Shown here in pieces: positions 8,768 through 17,609 of a DNA stretch of 53,335 nucleotides (positions are counted from its first letter, which is position 1; every line of letters begins with the position of its first letter). The notes under the pieces are model-generated. The model saw nothing but the letters and a program-made list of their open reading frames with translations. It did not search any database and was not told where the DNA came from. The position numbers were made by a program, and so were the translations under genes. This stretch comes from a virus (taxonomy: Duplodnaviria; Caudoviricetes), in the IMG/VR virus record IMGVR_UViG_3300032326_001284, positions 1 through 53,335 of that record. The stretch is one strand, 5' to 3'.

Positions 8768-9775
8768 ATGTCAATTCTTATCAAAGGGCAAGAGTTCCTT
8801 GTCTATTTAATATTCATTATGTTCGTAACTGGTATCCTCAAAGAAAGAGGATACCTTATGGACATCTTCAGACTACTTGAACAAAAAGTTAAGTCTAAAA
8901 GAATGGTGGTGTTTTTGGTATCATTATTTGGTGGTATATTACCCATTCCTGGACGAGTTGCGTTATCAGCATCTATGTTAAACAGCATAGCACCAGTTGA
9001 TAATAAGAAGCGTAAGAAATTTGGTATTATTGATTACCTAGCAACACACCATTACTATCTATGGTCACCACTAGAGAAGACAGTTATCATACCAATGGCG
9101 GTATTGGGGTTAACTTATACGCAGTTCATGTCATATATCTGGCCATTACTTTTAATTTCCGTATTGTATGTAACTTATTATATTTTATCTTTAGATGATG
9201 ATGAAATTGATATTGAAGTTAAAGATGAACCGATCAATGTTAAAAACATCACAATGGTAGTTATACCATTCTTAGTGACTATACTAATGTGCGTGTTTCT
9301 TACAAAGTATTATTTTGGTTTCTTTACTGGATTCACACTATGGTTAGTTTACTATTCTAAAAGTTGGAATAAAATAATGGGCTACATTGATTGGGAACTA
9401 ATATGGATTGTTGCATTAGTGATCATTTTAGGTAACCTTGTTGGATCTTATTATGATGTTATAGAATCATATATCAAACAGTATAATAAACCTGAATACA
9501 TATTAGTGGTTTCTGTTATATCATTTCTTTCATCATTTATGTTAGGGTCTTCTGCTAAGTACGCAAGCATTGTTAGTTTACTAACAAGTGTGTTTGGTAT
9601 GGAATATTTTGTTTTATTCTTTACACTTGAGTATTCCGCATATTTGATCTCCCCATCACATAAGTGTTTACCAATAGGTCAAAGGTATTTTCATACCGGG
9701 TTTATGACATATCTTAAAGCATTAATTATTTGGATATCTCTTATGATGACCTATGCTCTTTTAACGATTTTATAA
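8768..9775 (+). CDS. Polytopic membrane permease, DUF401/ion-transporter-superfamily-like
   Basis: Many transmembrane helices; GILPIPG, HHYYLWSPL and SPSHKCL motifs resemble DUF401. Confidence 0.65.
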   Translation: MSILIKGQEFLVYLIFIMFVTGILKERGYLMDIFRLLEQKVKSKRMVVFLVSLFGGILPIPGRVALSASMLNSIAPVDNKKRKKFGIIDYLATHHYYLWSPLEKTVIIPMAVLGLTYTQFMSYIWPLLLISVLYVTYYILSLDDDEIDIEVKDEPINVKNITMVVIPFLVTILMCVFLTKYYFGFFTGFTLWLVYYSKSWNKIMGYIDWELIWIVALVIILGNLVGSYYDVIESYIKQYNKPEYILVVSVISFLSSFMLGSSAKYASIVSLLTSVFGMEYFVLFFTLEYSAYLISPSHKCLPIGQRYFHTGFMTYLKALIIWISLMMTYALLTIL

Positions 9776-9825
9776 TCTTTACTTTTTAAATAAAGAAATA
9801 TATATTAATAAAGAATTTAAATTAT

Positions 9826-10299
9826 ATGGAAAAAATAACATTAAAATTAGGAGACGTTCTACAATTAGAGAGCGAAATAAATGGGTATGTTGAACCACAA
9901 TCTGGCGATCAGATCTATGAAGGTTTCACAAAACAAAACTTATCTATCATTTTGAAATATGAGTTAAGTGATTTTTCAACAACACTTAAAACTGAAAGAA
10001 CCAAAATTGATTCATTAAGAGATGAGTTAATTAAAAAATATGGAGAAGATGATGGTAAGGGTGGTTTATGGGTAAAAATGCATAACGAAGTGAAAGACGA
10101 AGAAGGTAGTGTAATTGGGAAAGTTTTTAATCCAAATTATCTTGAATTTGATAAAGAGTATGGTACTCTTTTAAATCAAGAAATTGAACTTGAATACCCC
10201 GAAATTACTAAACAAGATCTAAAAGACGCGGGAAAAACAAAAGACAAGTATACAGTCTTGTTTAAATTAATCAAAAAAGAAAAAGAGGGAGCTAAATAA
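9826..10299 (+). CDS. Hypothetical phage protein
   Basis: 157-aa ORF preceded by TTTACT-N17-TATATT. Confidence 0.7.
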   Translation: MEKITLKLGDVLQLESEINGYVEPQSGDQIYEGFTKQNLSIILKYELSDFSTTLKTERTKIDSLRDELIKKYGEDDGKGGLWVKMHNEVKDEEGSVIGKVFNPNYLEFDKEYGTLLNQEIELEYPEITKQDLKDAGKTKDKYTVLFKLIKKEKEGAK

Positions 10300-10310
10300 G
10301 CTCCCTTTTT
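10286..10310. terminator. Bidirectional hairpin terminator at convergent overlapping stops
   Basis: AGGGAGCT-AAATA-AGCTCCCT flanked by A and T tracts. Confidence 0.7.
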
Positions 10311-11398
10311 ATTTCTATTTTCATATTTCCAATTGAATATTCTCCCGGTTCGTAGTGAGGTATTGACATTCTAAGTGTTCTTAATGTTGTGATGTCATCA
10401 TCTGTAAATGGTTCCATCTCATAAACCATAACGTCAACGGTGTCTGTTAGTACAAATTTCGACCTTAAATCATATCGAGTATGCTTCTGTTCATTATTAA
10501 CATAGTCCTCTGGAATCGTCCCTAAATCGATTTTATCAAAAAATGGTTCTACCTCCATCAGTTTGTTTTTATTTCTTGTTGTTAACCCCATTGAGAATGT
10601 ATTAAATTTAAATTCTTTTTCTTCCCAATATCTCATTTGTACGAATGCACCATATTGAACTCCCCATTTCCTTACAAAGTTTCTATTTGAGGAAACTTCA
10701 TATCTAAGTCTATCTTTTTTGTAATCATCACTAAATCTAGATGTTTGTGAAACAAAGTGATAAACAATTGCACTATCACAAGTTTTTAATTCATAACCTT
10801 TTAATTTAGCTCTCAATAAAAAATCATCATCCTCACAGAAAGCAGGAACAAAACTAAAGCCATCGAAACCACCAACCTCATCAAACATTTTTTTGTAGCC
10901 ACTCATAAAGAAAACAGCACCATCGTATATGTTATCACTTTGGTTCCACTGTTTAACGAATTCATTGAATTGATAATGATCAAAATTATCGAAACCAGAG
11001 CCCATATCTAATAATACTTTACCCGGACGTTTATGCCCCTTAAAGATTGGTGGTTCAATTGTTGTATATGATAATAACATATTTGGTTTTAGTAATCTAT
11101 TAATAGCTTCTAAGAACCCCTCACCAATAACCATATCATTGTGAATGAGAACTATCTTTTCAGTATCAACTAATTTAATACCAGCGTTGTATGTGTCTGA
11201 AAACGTTAAACGATCATCATCATGTATAAAAGAAAGATACTCATCGTCTAATGAGTCAAGCCATTCTTTTGTTCCGTCACTTGATCCACCGCTGCTTATT
11301 GCTAATGGGGCATTTGGATATAACTCACGAAGATGTTTATAACACTCTTTTGTTAAATCTAATTTATTATATACTGCAAGTACAAATGTTATATCCAT
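10292..11398 (-). CDS. Glycosyltransferase family 2
   Basis: SSDGT, HNDM and EDDD motifs; ATG (MDITF) at 11398. Confidence 0.85.
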   Translation of the reverse strand: MDITFVLAVYNKLDLTKECYKHLRELYPNAPLAISSGGSSDGTKEWLDSLDDEYLSFIHDDDRLTFSDTYNAGIKLVDTEKIVLIHNDMVIGEGFLEAINRLLKPNMLLSYTTIEPPIFKGHKRPGKVLLDMGSGFDNFDHYQFNEFVKQWNQSDNIYDGAVFFMSGYKKMFDEVGGFDGFSFVPAFCEDDDFLLRAKLKGYELKTCDSAIVYHFVSQTSRFSDDYKKDRLRYEVSSNRNFVRKWGVQYGAFVQMRYWEEKEFKFNTFSMGLTTRNKNKLMEVEPFFDKIDLGTIPEDYVNNEQKHTRYDLRSKFVLTDTVDVMVYEMEPFTDDDITTLRTLRMSIPHYEPGEYSIGNMKIEIKRELI

Positions 11399-12249
11399 TA
11401 TAAATTTTTTATGTAATTTTCTAATTTGTCTGAAGGAGACCAACCTAGTCGGTCAATCGCATCGTTGTTAACTCTAATTGTTTCTCGGTAGTTACCTTTT
11501 TGTTCGGTCATGTAAACTCTTACACAACTAAATCTTTCAATAAACATATTCGCAACATCATTTATAGAGTAGTTTTTACCAGTTCCAAGTTCCCAAGCGT
11601 CGTCATGTTGTTCATTACTTTCAGCGATCTTGATTAAACCATCAACAATATCATCTATGTGTGTAAAATCTCTTCTTTGTTTACCGTCACCTATAATAGT
11701 GATTGGATAATTCTTTTGAACTTGTCCTCTCCATAAACCAATTACCGCAGCCATATGTGAATCAACTAATTCACCTGGGCCATATACGTTATAGAATCTA
11801 ACTATCTGTGCATTTAAATCATAAACTTCTTTATACATCTTGATCCATTCTTCACCCATATGTTTAGTCATAGCATATGGTGACTTCATTGGTATGTGCC
11901 ATCTTGAAGATGATCCAGAATATATTAATTTTGATTTATTCTTAAGCGCATAGTCAACCACTTTCTTTGTACCATCAACATTAACAGAGAATGTTAACAT
12001 CGGATTTTGAAATGATGGTTGTATTCTACTCAATGCCGCTAGATGAAAAATATATGCGTATGGTTTATCTTCAATGTTATCCATAGCTCTCACGTCACCA
12101 CCTAAGAAGTTACAACCATTTGGTATTTTCGCTTCATTACCTATTGATAAGTTATCGATCACATCAACTTCATAACCTTTTTTAATTAATGCCAAAGATA
12201 ATGCATGTCCAATAAATCCACAACCCCCAGTTACTAAAACTTTTTTCAT
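11398..12249 (-). CDS. NAD-dependent epimerase/dehydratase (GalE-like SDR)
   Basis: TGGCGFIG, YAMTK, RFYNVYGP and RDFTH motifs. Confidence 0.92.
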   Translation of the reverse strand: MKKVLVTGGCGFIGHALSLALIKKGYEVDVIDNLSIGNEAKIPNGCNFLGGDVRAMDNIEDKPYAYIFHLAALSRIQPSFQNPMLTFSVNVDGTKKVVDYALKNKSKLIYSGSSSRWHIPMKSPYAMTKHMGEEWIKMYKEVYDLNAQIVRFYNVYGPGELVDSHMAAVIGLWRGQVQKNYPITIIGDGKQRRDFTHIDDIVDGLIKIAESNEQHDDAWELGTGKNYSINDVANMFIERFSCVRVYMTEQKGNYRETIRVNNDAIDRLGWSPSDKLENYIKNL

Positions 12250-12866
12250 ATTGAGCTATAAAGATTGTTTTGTTTTTCTTGTTTATCAATTGTTTTGTGA
12301 TGTTGTATACAATATACTTCATCAGTTGGTAGTGTTGAAAAGTATTCACCACCAATTATTCTTTCATGTACCCTACCATACCATGACATTTTGGTTCTAT
12401 AGATTCTCCCCTGCATATCAGGAAAATTAACCCAATTCTTTTCATTAATATTCCATCCCCATTTACTGATATGTTCTTCAGTTAATCCATTAACAGTATT
12501 GATTCTTGGTACAAATATTAAATCCACATTTGGGTTCATCTCAAGAATCGTACTTATATTTTTAACCAAGTACTCATCAATCATTTCATCAGCATCAAGT
12601 TGAAATGTATAATCACCAGTACAATATTCGTTTAACTTATTTTTCCAATCAGCAAAGTTATTGTTCCAATCAAATGATCTCCAAGTTTGAACATTTGGTT
12701 TGATATTAAATGGTAGCAAGAAATCTAAAACATCTTTACTACCATTTTTCTCGTCGAACAAGATCACAATCTCATCCTGTATTCTTTTGTGTTCCAATAA
12801 GAAAGGAACTAATCTTTTTATTTCATCTAATTCATTACATACTGTAATTGCAAATGATATTTTCAT
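12246..12866 (-). CDS. Glycosyltransferase family 2
   Basis: QLDADE and VHE motifs. Confidence 0.85.
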   Translation of the reverse strand: MKISFAITVCNELDEIKRLVPFLLEHKRIQDEIVILFDEKNGSKDVLDFLLPFNIKPNVQTWRSFDWNNNFADWKNKLNEYCTGDYTFQLDADEMIDEYLVKNISTILEMNPNVDLIFVPRINTVNGLTEEHISKWGWNINEKNWVNFPDMQGRIYRTKMSWYGRVHERIIGGEYFSTLPTDEVYCIQHHKTIDKQEKQNNLYSSI

Positions 12867-14116
12867 TAATTAATTTTTGTTAACTTAGGTAAAACTAATT
12901 GAGTTTGTTTTGGTACACTTGGAACATCTTGAATTAATTTTTTAAATTCTTCTCTCATAGCATCCATTGAAAATGCCTCAGCGTTTTCTAATCTTAATGC
13001 TTCAGATCTTTCTAAAAACTTTTCATAGTCTTTATGTACCAATTTGAAAACCTCAACCGCTTCATTATAATTTGCTGTAAACCATTTTGAATCTTTTAAA
13101 ACAAAAGCGTCTACCGCACTCTCATGAACTTCTGTAAGTTTACCACCGATCATGATTGCTTTATTCATTGGTAAGAAGTCTTTATGTCCAGACCAATTAG
13201 ATGCTATGATTGGTTTACCGGTCATTGTGAACTCTAATAATGGTCTACCGAATCCCTCACCTTTAGTTAAAGTAACCATCGATTTTATTTTAGGGTGATT
13301 ATATACTTCATTCATCTCTTCATTGGTTAAATCACCAAACAATAGATAAATCGATGGAGGATTTTTTATATCTTTTACTGTGTCTTCTATCTTTTTTCTA
13401 AAGTTTTCTCTTTCTTTGATTGAGAATGTTGCTGAAGATGTTTTTAAAACAAGTGCCGGCTTATTTTCAGCATCACTGAATGCTGTTGCGAAACACTTGA
13501 TTAACATACCCACATCTTTTCTATCTTGTCCTAGATCTCCTTTTAACCAATGACCAACAAATAGAAACGCGAAGTCTTCTTTGATATCTAAATCAATTCC
13601 TTTGTATGTGTTGTTGTAAACATTTAGATCGACGCCTTCAAATAAAACACTAATAGGTGTTTCTATTTTATATTGTTTAATAAGTTTACCAGTATTTTTT
13701 TCGTTCTCATTGTATACTGTTGATACTAACACATCTCTAGAAAATATAGAAGTTGTTATAACTTTATCCATTCTGTTACAACCATCTACCCAATCCTTTG
13801 GAGCGACGGTGGTTTCAATACCAGCAGTTATTCCAATGTTAAATTTACCGACCTTTTGAAATTCATTTGGCACTGTTACTTGAACATATATGTCTGGTGT
13901 TTCCGAAAGCGATGTGATAATGTTTTCCTCAATCCACTTATGAAATTGGTTATCGTTCTCTAATGCAGTTAAAGGAGTAACCCCCCAACCACAACTATCT
14001 ATTTTAATATCAAACAAATCCATTTCATACAATGCTTGTAATAGATCTCTTGAATGCGCACCGTAACCGCTTCTTGTTTTTACAGGTCCTCTAAATAATA
14101 ATGTTTTTTTGCTCAT
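12866..14116 (-). CDS. Glycosyltransferase family 4 (GT-B)
   Basis: SGYG and GEGFGRPLLE motifs. Confidence 0.88.
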   Translation of the reverse strand: MSKKTLLFRGPVKTRSGYGAHSRDLLQALYEMDLFDIKIDSCGWGVTPLTALENDNQFHKWIEENIITSLSETPDIYVQVTVPNEFQKVGKFNIGITAGIETTVAPKDWVDGCNRMDKVITTSIFSRDVLVSTVYNENEKNTGKLIKQYKIETPISVLFEGVDLNVYNNTYKGIDLDIKEDFAFLFVGHWLKGDLGQDRKDVGMLIKCFATAFSDAENKPALVLKTSSATFSIKERENFRKKIEDTVKDIKNPPSIYLLFGDLTNEEMNEVYNHPKIKSMVTLTKGEGFGRPLLEFTMTGKPIIASNWSGHKDFLPMNKAIMIGGKLTEVHESAVDAFVLKDSKWFTANYNEAVEVFKLVHKDYEKFLERSEALRLENAEAFSMDAMREEFKKLIQDVPSVPKQTQLVLPKLTKIN

Positions 14117-15471
14117 ACTATTTTATATAAATCGAATCTTTTTCTAGGTTTAAAATTATCTAAAGTTTGTTCAATACCTTGGATCATTTTATCACACATT
14201 ATTTTATTTGATAAGTTATTAATTATAAATTCCCTACCAGCTAAACCTTTTTCTTTTCTTTTCTTTTTACCAAACTTATACATTTTCATAATAGCGTTTG
14301 ACACATCATTGTCATTAACTCTATCATCAAAAATATATGGTGTAGGTATAGAACCATTTAAGTTTATTGCTGATGGCCATACTGGAATAACCCACTCACC
14401 ATGTTGTTCTTTATTGTATTTGTCTTTATCGTGCATGGAACCGATTTGAATGTAATCATTTTCATTGTACGAGAAACCACATTGATCTTGTAATCCTCCA
14501 GTAACATTAACAATGATCGGCGTACCAGCCATTAATGATTCTGCTGTGGTTAAACCAAAACCTTCATTGTTTGCTATGTTAATTGTACAATCAACTGCGT
14601 TATAAAAATGATTTAGTTTATCTTGTTCTAATTTTAAATCAGTAAACTTTACATCATAGTTAGGGCAAATAGCTTCTTTAACCGCAACCAGATCCGTGCC
14701 ATTCTCGTCCATTGGATTTGTGTGCATTAACAACAAACATTTCTCAGCTTTTTCTTTTGGTAACTTATCACAGAATAATCTAAAAGAATATATAACATCA
14801 CTAGGTTGTTTTCTTCTTATGTTTCTATTGTTATAAAATAAAACAAAATCGTACTCTTTATCTCCGTGAATATAATTTTTAACATCATCGGACACGGAAT
14901 CGATTGGTTTGAAAACATCTGGATTAATACCATGTGGAACATAGCTTATTTGCCAGTCCTCTAATGGTTTATATGTTTCTTTCTCTTTTGACTTACCAAC
15001 TCTATGTACAATACCATACGTTTGTTTAGAGATACAACCTAACCAATCGCAACTCTCGTAGAAATTTCTATTGTATTTTGGATCTGGTAAATCATCCCAG
15101 ATGTGATAGTACAAGATTGGTGTGTGTTGTCTAATTTCATGTTCGTTATCATATAACCATTGCCAATAATGTGGGTCAGTAAAATGCAAAATAGCATCAG
15201 GCTTTTCGTCATTTAATAATTTTCTTAAAATATTCATATCACCATAACCATGATATGGAATAACTTTTAAATTGGCGTCTTTAACACCAGTTCTTTTTCT
15301 AACATCATCGTTGATGTCAATGATTTTACCATACTCTGGGTGTTTAATTGCTGCACCTAATTGAACCCAATCATATTTGTGTAATGTACCTAAAACAAAT
15401 TCTTTGGACATAGTAGCAATCCCTGATGTCATTCTTAAATCATCAGATAGTAATAATATTTTTTTCTTCAT
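14113..15471 (-). CDS. Glycosyltransferase family 4 (GT-B)
   Basis: VPHG, NRNIRRK and NEGFGLTTAES motifs. Confidence 0.88.
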   Translation of the reverse strand: MKKKILLLSDDLRMTSGIATMSKEFVLGTLHKYDWVQLGAAIKHPEYGKIIDINDDVRKRTGVKDANLKVIPYHGYGDMNILRKLLNDEKPDAILHFTDPHYWQWLYDNEHEIRQHTPILYYHIWDDLPDPKYNRNFYESCDWLGCISKQTYGIVHRVGKSKEKETYKPLEDWQISYVPHGINPDVFKPIDSVSDDVKNYIHGDKEYDFVLFYNNRNIRRKQPSDVIYSFRLFCDKLPKEKAEKCLLLMHTNPMDENGTDLVAVKEAICPNYDVKFTDLKLEQDKLNHFYNAVDCTINIANNEGFGLTTAESLMAGTPIIVNVTGGLQDQCGFSYNENDYIQIGSMHDKDKYNKEQHGEWVIPVWPSAINLNGSIPTPYIFDDRVNDNDVSNAIMKMYKFGKKKRKEKGLAGREFIINNLSNKIMCDKMIQGIEQTLDNFKPRKRFDLYKIV

Positions 15472-15475
15472 TGAT

Positions 15476-15673
15476 TTAAAACTTAGAACCGGTTGTTGCT
15501 AAACCAGTGTGGTTGTTTATTTGATTTCTGAACTCTTCGTTCTTGTTGTACAGGTCCATTGATCTGTTAACTAATTTTTGAAAATTAATACTTCCTTCAA
15601 TGACATTAATTTTAAACTTCTTGTAAACATCATCTATGACATTGACAGTTGTTAATTTTGTGTTTGCTTTCAT
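15476..15673 (-). CDS. Small ribbon-helix-helix-like protein
   Basis: LTTVNV strand followed by two predicted helices; first gene of the GT operon. Confidence 0.5.
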   Translation of the reverse strand: MKANTKLTTVNVIDDVYKKFKINVIEGSINFQKLVNRSMDLYNKNEEFRNQINNHTGLATTGSKF

Positions 15674-15752
15674 ATTAGTATATATGTCTTTATATATCAA
15701 ATGGTTAAAAAATAACGGACATAGTCCGCTACTTTATTATGTTTAGATAAGT

Positions 15753-15911
15753 TTAACCATTTTTCTTATTCACCATTTCACGTAAAATGGTTGTTATTTT
15801 AACCATTTCATCGGTAGTTTGTACCGCTGTTGGTGTTACCGACGGAGTTTGTTGTGTCGGCGCCTCTTGTGTTGTTTCTTGAACAGATCTCTTTTTACAT
15901 CCGCATCCCAT
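15753..15911 (-). CDS. 52-aa MGCGCKK protein (absent from the ORF track)
   Basis: Manual translation MGCGCKKRSVQETTQEAP...NKKNG; TATTTAT upstream. Confidence 0.65.
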   Translation of the reverse strand: MGCGCKKRSVQETTQEAPTQQTPSVTPTAVQTTDEMVKITTILREMVNKKNG

Positions 15912-15984
15912 AATAAAAGTCTTTTAGATAAATATTTGTTTATTGTTTTGATTAATATACCGAATTTTAAAATAAAATTGAATA

Positions 15985-16341
15985 TTAAACTGGATTATAT
16001 TTTGTCCCTAAATATAAATTTACGTTATCTCCCTCAGACCATTCATCACAGGTACCAGAAGGGAATTCATATACCATATCAGCAGCAGCGGTGAATCTTT
16101 GACAATCCTCGCCATTACAAGGTTGACATCCAGGGAAAATCTTATTTATTTTGTCATTAACCACAAAAACGATGTCTAATGGGATTAAACAATCTTTCAT
16201 CCAAAAGCTATGGAATCCCCTTTTTAGTTTGAACCCCATGCATCCTTCAAGGTTATCTCTACCCATCATACCATTGCTGATATCCTCTGGACTTCTCATA
16301 AGTTCCAATGGGAACACCTTACCATTTATTTCTACTTGCAT
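15985..16341 (-). CDS. DUF192 family protein
   Basis: GMMGR, FWMKDCLIPLDIVF and VYEF motifs. Confidence 0.85.
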   Translation of the reverse strand: MQVEINGKVFPLELMRSPEDISNGMMGRDNLEGCMGFKLKRGFHSFWMKDCLIPLDIVFVVNDKINKIFPGCQPCNGEDCQRFTAAADMVYEFPSGTCDEWSEGDNVNLYLGTKYNPV

Positions 16342-16344
16342 ATC

Positions 16345-16389
16345 TATAAATATCTTGTTTGACTTTTAAGATTTTTTTATATATATTTG
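16345..16389. promoter_or_regulatory. Divergent promoters: TATTTATA (minus) and TTTG-N20-TATATTTG (plus)
   Basis: Both motifs are read directly in the intergenic gap. Confidence 0.6.
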
Positions 16390-16393
16390 AAAT

Positions 16394-16633
16394 ATGAAAG
16401 CAATCTTTAACGGTATTCTCGAATTTGAGAACGACGAAAAACTGGAAGAAATTCTAAATCAGATGGATAAAAGCTTGGCTGTCAAGCTATTAACTATTGC
16501 GTTAGACCTCACTACAGAGAATTTTAGCCTGGCTGAGAACCATGTAATCTATAAATGTTTAACTAAATTAAAACAAAATGAAGCTAAGACAGATCATTTA
16601 CGTAATGATGATAATAACGGGGATATTGGTTGA
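16394..16633 (+). CDS. Hypothetical protein
   Basis: ORF directly after a promoter. Confidence 0.6.
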   Translation: MKAIFNGILEFENDEKLEEILNQMDKSLAVKLLTIALDLTTENFSLAENHVIYKCLTKLKQNEAKTDHLRNDDNNGDIG

Positions 16634-16751
16634 GAGGTACGGTCTTAACACCAATAATCCAGAACTTGAAAAATATTTTGGATTCGGAGCAATAGGTCTT
16701 GGATCTTTTAATATTGTGCTAGATTATATTCGTAAACCTAAAAAAAAATAA
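16578..16751 (+). CDS. Small membrane protein (absent from the ORF track)
   Basis: MKLRQIIYVMMIITGIL..., 57 aa, two hydrophobic segments. Confidence 0.5.
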   Translation: MKLRQIIYVMMIITGILVERYGLNTNNPELEKYFGFGAIGLGSFNIVLDYIRKPKKK

Positions 16752-16752
16752 A

Positions 16753-17043
16753 ATGGACTTAACGGCGGAAATGGAAAATTACAACAAGGTTAAAGACATT
16801 GTACTAAACAAATTGGTGAGTGAGGGTCTATTAGACCAATCTGATTCAGAAGAATTTTCCGAAAGATGTCAGGTTTTAGCTTACAAAGGTAAATGGTTTA
16901 GTAAATGGTTTGACAAAAATGTAAAATCAGAAAACTCTGATGCAAATCCTAATGGCTATTACATTCGCATTATTGAATTAAAAGAAAGAGAAGACGATGT
17001 AGATCGTTTATTAAGAAGAACAACCGGAAATTATGACGACTAA
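16753..17043 (+). CDS. Hypothetical protein
   Basis: ORF in a coupled operon. Confidence 0.65.
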   Translation: MDLTAEMENYNKVKDIVLNKLVSEGLLDQSDSEEFSERCQVLAYKGKWFSKWFDKNVKSENSDANPNGYYIRIIELKEREDDVDRLLRRTTGNYDD

Positions 17044-17251
17044 AGAACCAAAATATTTAACAGATTTTTTTATCTACAATAAAAGATATCATTGGTTTAT
17101 TATACCAACGGTAGTATTTTTTTATAGAAAAGATGTATTTTTTGAAACAGGTCTTTGCACCCCAGCCTTTGGGTTTAGTGTAAGGTGGTTAACATTTTTT
17201 ATAGGAGTACAATTTCAACGAAACGCATATTACAACAAAAATGGAATATAA
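17033..17251 (+). CDS. Hypothetical protein
   Basis: Overlap-coupled ORF. Confidence 0.55.
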   Translation: MTTKEPKYLTDFFIYNKRYHWFIIPTVVFFYRKDVFFETGLCTPAFGFSVRWLTFFIGVQFQRNAYYNKNGI

Positions 17252-17609
17252 AAATAAAGTTTTGCTTTATGGTTGTATCTGTCTGGCATTTCTAATATCA
17301 TATGGGTATGTTAAAGATTTAAATGAACGGCAATCACCCTTACCTGAAACAACTTCTTGTAGGGAAGATTCGTTACAGAATGTAATTAATCAATTAGTAA
17401 TTGATAAAGAGCATGATGAAGATGGCTGGGACGATAAAGAAAAAAGATACGAACAAGTAATTTTTGAATTTCAATATGGTTTAGATCATCTAAAAAATTA
17501 TCATCCAAAAGCTTACCAAGAATTCCATAGAATTATTGGTTACAAAGAGGACTACTCTCATGAGGTAGAAAGAGAAAACAAAAAAAGATTATATGAATAC
17601 ACTAGATAG
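17241..17609 (+). CDS. Membrane-anchored hypothetical protein
   Basis: N-terminal transmembrane helix. Confidence 0.6.
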   Translation: MEYKNKVLLYGCICLAFLISYGYVKDLNERQSPLPETTSCREDSLQNVINQLVIDKEHDEDGWDDKEKRYEQVIFEFQYGLDHLKNYHPKAYQEFHRIIGYKEDYSHEVERENKKRLYEYTR

